Source of the DNA: Armatimonadota bacterium
GTDB lineage: Bacteria > Vulcanimicrobiota > JACPDS01 > JBDRKI01
Direction of reading: 5' to 3'
NCBI GenBank assembly: GCA_043814095.1
Contig: JBDRKI010000099.1
Span: 1 to 64,000, forward strand
Length of the DNA stretch: 64,000 nucleotides
In this document: positions 58,880-64,000 of the stretch, piece by piece
Numbering within the stretch: position 1 is the first letter of the stretch
How the letters are laid out: each line of letters begins with the position of its first letter
Notes under the pieces: model-generated
What the model saw: the letters and a program-made list of their open reading frames with translations, nothing else
Database searches by the model: none
Told to the model about the DNA's origin: nothing
Translations under genes and position numbers: made by a program

Positions 58880-60016
58880 ATGAAAAGATTTTATACTTTC
58901 TTCGCGTTCATAGCGGTGCTTGCCGGTATCGGCATCCTGCTCTACGGATGCGGCGGAGTGGCAAGTTCACTGCTTACCGCTACCAACTCCGGCGCGATAG
59001 CCCTGACCGCGACACTGACAGGAGCCGCGGCAAGGTCCGTAAGCCCGGTATCAAAATCAATAAAAGCGGCGGGCGACATGGATGATTATTCCTACTGCCA
59101 TGACAATCCATGGTATCTAGACAAGCTCCAGATACCCAGCTCTTACAAAGTAGGGCTCGGAGAAACAAAAATTATGCAGGAAGACGATTATAATTCCGCC
59201 ACGGCACATACTTTCAGCCTGGGCAATGTAAACGGAGAAGCCGTATCTGTTTCCAATCCTTTTGTTGTAGATATGACCTCCGGAACATTTACAATATCAA
59301 GCGGCCAGTCCCTGCCCACACCGGGAACTTACACTCACATGGGAAATACGATTGCTTATATAGAGCAGACACTTACCGGAGCCCTTGACCCTATCAACCC
59401 GTCAGAAGTTTCAACGGGGAGATTGAGGGTATATCCCTCAACAGTCAATGGTATCCAGGCAGGAGACATACTGCTTTATGACGCAGATGAAGGATGGTGC
59501 TGGATAAACAGAACAACATACGCATTGACACCCATAACTTCACCAAGACCGGGCGGCTCTGCATCGGGCTGGGATTATCCCCATATCGGGAACATGATAA
59601 CCGGCGAACCGACAGTTGAAACAGGCGTTGAAGTAATCCAGGACTCATTCTGGTCATTAAGAACAACAAACAACTTGCCTACATTCATGGCGGCAGAAGC
59701 AGCGGCCCTGGCCGCAAACGGCTATGTATTCAAAGACACAATGGCGCTGGGAACCCCAATTACAATCGCAGCCGGAAATTCTTATACATTAACTCTTGAT
59801 TTTGATATTTCAGCAACTGTTGACGGATACTTCACGGGCGCCATGGCAGTACCCGGCGAAACAGGCACATTCTTCTGGGATGACGCCTTTGCCGACGGCT
59901 ACTTTAAACCATTCCTGGCATTCGCGTCGGGCGGCGACCAGACAGACGGAAACGGATCCCCGGGATTCCATCCCCTGCCGCCGACAATTACGGCAACAGC
60001 GACATCTACTAATTAA
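58880..60016 (+). CDS. Hypothetical lipoprotein (Thr/Gly/Ser-rich, beta-rich)
   Basis: Lipobox LYGC(GG); AGGAGG SD; followed by a terminator. Confidence 0.8.
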   Translation: MKRFYTFFAFIAVLAGIGILLYGCGGVASSLLTATNSGAIALTATLTGAAARSVSPVSKSIKAAGDMDDYSYCHDNPWYLDKLQIPSSYKVGLGETKIMQEDDYNSATAHTFSLGNVNGEAVSVSNPFVVDMTSGTFTISSGQSLPTPGTYTHMGNTIAYIEQTLTGALDPINPSEVSTGRLRVYPSTVNGIQAGDILLYDADEGWCWINRTTYALTPITSPRPGGSASGWDYPHIGNMITGEPTVETGVEVIQDSFWSLRTTNNLPTFMAAEAAALAANGYVFKDTMALGTPITIAAGNSYTLTLDFDISATVDGYFTGAMAVPGETGTFFWDDAFADGYFKPFLAFASGGDQTDGNGSPGFHPLPPTITATATSTN

Positions 60017-60030
60017 TTAATAAATTTACC

Positions 60031-60067
60031 AAAAAAACCGTCCCTATTTTTCGGGACGGTTTTTTTT
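60031..60067. terminator. Bidirectional intrinsic terminator
   Basis: AAAAAAACCGTCCC...GGGACGGTTTTTTTT. Confidence 0.85.
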
Positions 60068-60092
60068 ATTTCTCACATAATTATTTATAATG

Positions 60093-60542
60093 CTATATTT
60101 TTATTGTAAAATTCATCTTGTAAGTTTTAACGCCGGGGAAGACCTGCAGTTTTAGTTTCGTTTTTGCCTCTATCTGTTTTAAAATATCTTTTAATCTTTT
60201 CTTTGAGGAAGCAGATACCGTAAACCATATATTGTATTCTCCGTCCCTTAAAAAATTATGCGTAACTTCCGGAAACTTATTTATAATCTCCGCTGTCTTT
60301 TTAATTTTACTGCCGGATACCGCGCATGCGGCAAGAACAACCTTTCTTCCGGTTTTATCCGAATTAAAGCTGGGTGTAATACGCCTTATCAGGCCTTTTT
60401 TCTTAAACTTTTTTATAATATCAATTACTTTTGCTTCCGTTATGTTAACTTTTTCGGATATCTTCTTATAGGGACGTTCCGTTACGGGAAAATCGTCCTG
60501 CAGAATATTCAAAAGTTTTTTTTCCATGGAAGTAAATTTCAT
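60093..60542 (-). CDS. ahbA: Siroheme decarboxylase subunit alpha (Lrp/AsnC-like)
   Basis: LQDDFPVTERPY and EVTHNFLR...YNIWFT motifs; follows hemB and a heme radical SAM. Confidence 0.8.
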   Translation of the reverse strand: MKFTSMEKKLLNILQDDFPVTERPYKKISEKVNITEAKVIDIIKKFKKKGLIRRITPSFNSDKTGRKVVLAACAVSGSKIKKTAEIINKFPEVTHNFLRDGEYNIWFTVSASSKKRLKDILKQIEAKTKLKLQVFPGVKTYKMNFTIKI

Positions 60543-60545
60543 ATC

Positions 60546-61547
60546 CTATCCTTTCGCGCTCATAATACAGAACGGATCCTGCATAAGATAATCGCCGTAA
60601 ACAGCGTAAGCGTGAGCGCGGCATCCCCCGCATATATTCTTACTGTCGCAGGAAGCGCAGCTCCCTTTTAAGTCCTGAAGGCGCAGCTCATTGAACAATC
60701 TGCTTTCTGTCCATATCCTGCTGAATTTTTTATCCCTGACATTACCGGCGCTCACCGGCAGATAAGGGCACGGGTGGACTTCCCCTCCGGGGAGAATAAC
60801 ACAGTATGAGGCTCCGGCAAGACAACCCTTTGTATAAGGAAGATTAAGCCCCGCTTTTTTCGCAATACGCATAAATGAAGGCGCGCATGTGGGTTTTATC
60901 TCTATTTCTATTTCCTTATTCTTAATTTTTCTCGCTATATTTTCCAGCAGCTTCTCCTGGTCTTCAGGCGATATCTGATCAGAAGTTATGTCTTTGCCCC
61001 GTCCGGCGCCTACAAGAAAGAAAAGATGGTGGGCCCGCGCGCCGCATTTTACGGCAAAATCCGTAATTTTATCTATCTGATTTATATTATCCTTTGTAAC
61101 CGTTGTGTGGATCTGGAATTCTAAATTTATTTTCTTTAAATTTTCCATTGCAAGAAGCGCCTTTTTAAAAGCGCCTTCAGATTTTCTAAACGCGTCGTGC
61201 TCTTTTTCCGATATAGAATCCATGCTTATGCCCGCTCTTTTTAAGCCGGAGCGTTTCAGCTCCAGGGCAACTTCCCTGTTTATAAGGGTGCCGTTTGTCC
61301 CGAGGACAACCCTTAATCCTTTATCCGAAGCGTATTTTATTATCCGGAAAATATCTTTTCTTAGAAGAGGCTCCCCTCCGCTTAATATTAAAATTTTAAA
61401 ACCGCATAATACAATCTCATCAACCAAAGACAAAGCTTCCTGTGTTGTAAGCTCGTCGTGAGAAGGCGAGCCTGCGTCCCTGTAGCAGTGAACACAGTTA
61501 AGGTTGCATGCTTTTGTTATGTTCCATGAAATAATTACAGGCTGCAT
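60546..61547 (-). CDS. Radical SAM/SPASM heme biosynthesis protein (NirJ2/AhbD-like)
   Basis: SWNITKACNLNCVHCYRDAG, SGGEPL, KPTCAP, GCLAG, PCPY and CASC...CGGCRA motifs. Confidence 0.85.
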   Translation of the reverse strand: MQPVIISWNITKACNLNCVHCYRDAGSPSHDELTTQEALSLVDEIVLCGFKILILSGGEPLLRKDIFRIIKYASDKGLRVVLGTNGTLINREVALELKRSGLKRAGISMDSISEKEHDAFRKSEGAFKKALLAMENLKKINLEFQIHTTVTKDNINQIDKITDFAVKCGARAHHLFFLVGAGRGKDITSDQISPEDQEKLLENIARKIKNKEIEIEIKPTCAPSFMRIAKKAGLNLPYTKGCLAGASYCVILPGGEVHPCPYLPVSAGNVRDKKFSRIWTESRLFNELRLQDLKGSCASCDSKNICGGCRAHAYAVYGDYLMQDPFCIMSAKG

Positions 61548-61548
61548 A

Positions 61549-62520
61549 TTATTTTAACCAGACTGCCGCATCTTTAGCGTGATAAGTTAAGATTATATCC
61601 GCGCCGGCCCTTTTTATAGAATGAAGGATCTCCATGACGATTTTTCTTTCATCAACCCACTCGCGTTGGGCGGCGGCCTTTACCATTGAATACTCGCCGC
61701 TTACATTGTATGCGGCTATTGGATGCATAAATCTCTGCTTTGCCTCTTTTATGACATCAAGGTAAGCAAGCGCAGGCTTTACCATAACAATATCGGCCCC
61801 TTCTTCTATATCAAGAGAAATCTCCCTTAACGCCTCCCTTATATTACAGCCGTTCATCTGGTATGACTTCCTGTCGCCGAAAGAAGGCGCGGAACCGGCG
61901 GCTTCCCTGAAAGGCCCGTAAAAAGAGCTCGCGTATTTTGCCGCGTAAGAAAGTATGCCTACATTATCAAAGCCGTTATCATCAAGAGCTTCCCTTATAA
62001 CGGCGACTCTCCCGTCCATCATGTCGGACGGGGCAACCATATCAACCCCGGCTTTTGCCTGCGCTATCGCGATCCTCGCAAGATAATCAAGCGTTCTGTC
62101 ATTATCAACTTTCCCGCCGTCTATAATCCCGCAGTGCCCGTGGGATGTATATTCGCACATGCAGATATCCCCTATTACGAGAAGATTCAACTTCTCTTTT
62201 TTTAATGCGCGGACGGCCTGCTGTATGATGCCTTCATCGCTCCATGCGTCAGAACCCTCATCGTCTTTTTCCGGGGGTATCCCGAAAAGAATAATCGCGG
62301 GTATTCCCAAAGATTCAACTTCTTTGACTTCTTCAATGAGTTTATCAACGGAAAAGTGATAACACCCCGGCATAGCTTGAATCTCTTTCTTAATACCGGT
62401 GCCCGGGACAACAAATAAAGGATAAATAAAATCCTTAACGCTTAAGTTTGTTTCCGAGACCATCTCCCTTAATATCGGATTTTCTCTTAATCTTCTCATC
62501 CTGGTATCCGGAAATCCCAT
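61549..62520 (-). CDS. hemB: Porphobilinogen synthase
   Basis: [28 protein letters not shown] and YNVSGEY motifs. Confidence 0.98.
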   Translation of the reverse strand: MGFPDTRMRRLRENPILREMVSETNLSVKDFIYPLFVVPGTGIKKEIQAMPGCYHFSVDKLIEEVKEVESLGIPAIILFGIPPEKDDEGSDAWSDEGIIQQAVRALKKEKLNLLVIGDICMCEYTSHGHCGIIDGGKVDNDRTLDYLARIAIAQAKAGVDMVAPSDMMDGRVAVIREALDDNGFDNVGILSYAAKYASSFYGPFREAAGSAPSFGDRKSYQMNGCNIREALREISLDIEEGADIVMVKPALAYLDVIKEAKQRFMHPIAAYNVSGEYSMVKAAAQREWVDERKIVMEILHSIKRAGADIILTYHAKDAAVWLK

Positions 62521-62529
62521 AAATACCTC

Positions 62530-63285
62530 CTAGTTAATTTTCAACTTCGCGAATTCCCTTAAAGCTTCCAGCTCTTCCATTTTATTTATTCCTATGCACG
62601 CCGAATGAATAAATTCCTTATCCAGCGCGAACTTTACCGCTTCTTCAAACTTATGCGCCGTTCTGCCTTCGCCCAGCACTTTCATGACATAAATACCCTT
62701 GCCGTTTCCGTGCGCTACCTTTAGGGCATTATCATAATCCCGTATCCCGGCGTCCATATGATCTTCGTCTATATTGTAATTTGTCATAATAACATCAATC
62801 TCCGAAAGGTTAACCAGAAATTCCAGTATATCTATGGAGTGGGTAGATGCGCCGACCGCCTTAATAATTCCTTCTTTTTTAAATTTATGCAGTTCACTTA
62901 AAGCGCTTGACCTGTCCATGTAATCCTGCATGTCATCAACTTCATGCATAAGCATTATATCTATATAGTCCGTGTTCAATTCTTTCAGTGATTCTTCAAC
63001 GCCGAGACGCATATCTTCGCCTGTCTGAGCGTGAGATTTCGTGGCAATTATAACTTTATCCCTTTTTACCGTCTTAAGGGCTTCGGCAATATGCGGGTGA
63101 GTACCGTAATCATCTGATGTGTCCCAGAAATTCATGCCGAAATCAATGCTCCTGGCGAGTATAATGCCGTAATATTCGCAGGATACATCCGCCTGCGAGC
63201 TTCTGCCTCCGACGCCGTATGTCCCGGTGCCTATACAGAGCCGGGGAACTTCTATGCCGGTATTCCCGAATTTTACTTTGTTCAT
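62530..63285 (-). CDS. Aldo/keto reductase
   Basis: FWDTSDDYG, IATK, SLKELNTDYID and MKVLG motifs. Confidence 0.9.
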   Translation of the reverse strand: MNKVKFGNTGIEVPRLCIGTGTYGVGGRSSQADVSCEYYGIILARSIDFGMNFWDTSDDYGTHPHIAEALKTVKRDKVIIATKSHAQTGEDMRLGVEESLKELNTDYIDIMLMHEVDDMQDYMDRSSALSELHKFKKEGIIKAVGASTHSIDILEFLVNLSEIDVIMTNYNIDEDHMDAGIRDYDNALKVAHGNGKGIYVMKVLGEGRTAHKFEEAVKFALDKEFIHSACIGINKMEELEALREFAKLKIN

Positions 63286-63309
63286 GATCCTGCTCCGCGG
63301 AATAAATAT

Positions 63310-64000
63310 TTATTTTTCAACATCTATCCTGCTCTCAAATTTATAATCTATTACTTTTTTCTCCCTCATATAATCAGCAACAACATCCCTTATAATCGCG
63401 TATTGTTTTAAATCGGTGCAGTCTTCAAGATCTTCATACTTACCGCCCACAAATGCCATAAAACTGTTCGTGGCGATTTTATAAGTCTTCTCCGGATCTA
63501 TTTTTTCAAAACCGCCCGTTTTATCTTTAATATAAATATCCCGCACGCAGTTACCGGTGTCTTCGGGATAAAATTTCATCTTCATGCCGGAGACAAACAA
63601 TCCCCTGTCATCGGGTCCGAAAGATTTATTCAGCATTGAGACAATATTCTTCCCTTTTATGTTCATCGTAACAAGTGTATTATCAAAAGGCAGGCATTTA
63701 AACACATCCCCGAAGGTAATTTCTCCCTTATAGAAAGAGTCCCTTATCCCGCCGGGGTTGTAAAAAGTCATATCCGCGCCGGATGTTTCCTGCATCACAT
63801 CGCATATAAAGTTGCCCAGGGGGATATCTTTTTTGTTCGCCTTGCCTTTTCTCTTGTTAATTAAATCAGTTTTATTAACCGCAAGAACCTCTTCCATCTT
63901 GCTTTTTACAAGATTATTGTAATGGTTAACCATATTTGCTATTTTAGGATCTTCTTTAATCTTTGAAGGATCTATTTTTGTAATTTCTGTTCCTTTTGTA
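63310..64000 (-). CDS. 5'-nucleotidase family protein, C-terminal domain (5' part outside the window)
   Basis: LGNFICD, NPGGIR, LPFDN, VSG and YKIATNSF motifs; the frame stays open to the window edge. Confidence 0.88.
   Translation of the reverse strand, partial: TKGTEITKIDPSKIKEDPKIANMVNHYNNLVKSKMEEVLAVNKTDLINKRKGKANKKDIPLGNFICDVMQETSGADMTFYNPGGIRDSFYKGEITFGDVFKCLPFDNTLVTMNIKGKNIVSMLNKSFGPDDRGLFVSGMKMKFYPEDTGNCVRDIYIKDKTGGFEKIDPEKTYKIATNSFMAFVGGKYEDLEDCTDLKQYAIIRDVVADYMREKKVIDYKFESRIDVEK

Noticed and set aside
56828-60067. tRNA-Val-anchored integrative element
   Set aside because: No duplicated tRNA 3' end and no integrase were seen in the window.

Overview
This is a 64-kb chromosomal window (roughly 40% GC by eye) from a diderm bacterium with Firmicutes/Terrabacteria-type gene order and promoter grammar; the taxon cannot be fixed from sequence alone. 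The core is a ~39-kb run of co-oriented minus-strand envelope and energy genes (53322 to 14226): mlaEFD, a degenerate GGDEF gene, wecA/tagO, wecB, the complete F0F1 atp operon, murA, mreB-like, a decayed low-GC CAAX-protease islet, tamB, bamA, three skp/ompH genes, lpxD, an lpxC-fabZ fusion, and a separately promoted lipid A module, followed by a beta-CASP nuclease and ackA. The lipid A module is the most unusual part. It contains a GnnA-like oxidoreductase, lpxA, lpxB, an LpxB-like glycosyltransferase fused to an ICMT/LmtA-like methyltransferase, a single-domain UshA-type metallophosphoesterase with an LpxH-like GN-R motif, and a third LpxB-related glycosyltransferase. No lpxH/I/G, lpxK, waaA or msbA is present in the window. 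The left end holds housekeeping genes (PAP2 phosphatase, metal transporter, osmC, bioY, murB, M23 peptidase, yitT, GT4, Met gamma-lyase, ThrRS-like/uridine kinase fusion, Sua5/YciO, PIG-L deacetylase). The right end holds an SLT transglycosylase behind a LexA box, secreted repeat and lipoproteins, three tRNAs (Ile2-CAU, Glu-UUC, Val-UAC), a B12 radical SAM and a partial Ahb heme operon. Non-coding signals include a four-repeat Pho-box-like array, a recurrent sigma-H-like promoter motif at eight sites and a probable leaderless transcript. No CRISPR array, rRNA, transposase or integrase was seen. All functional calls come from motif recognition and gene context; no database searches were run.
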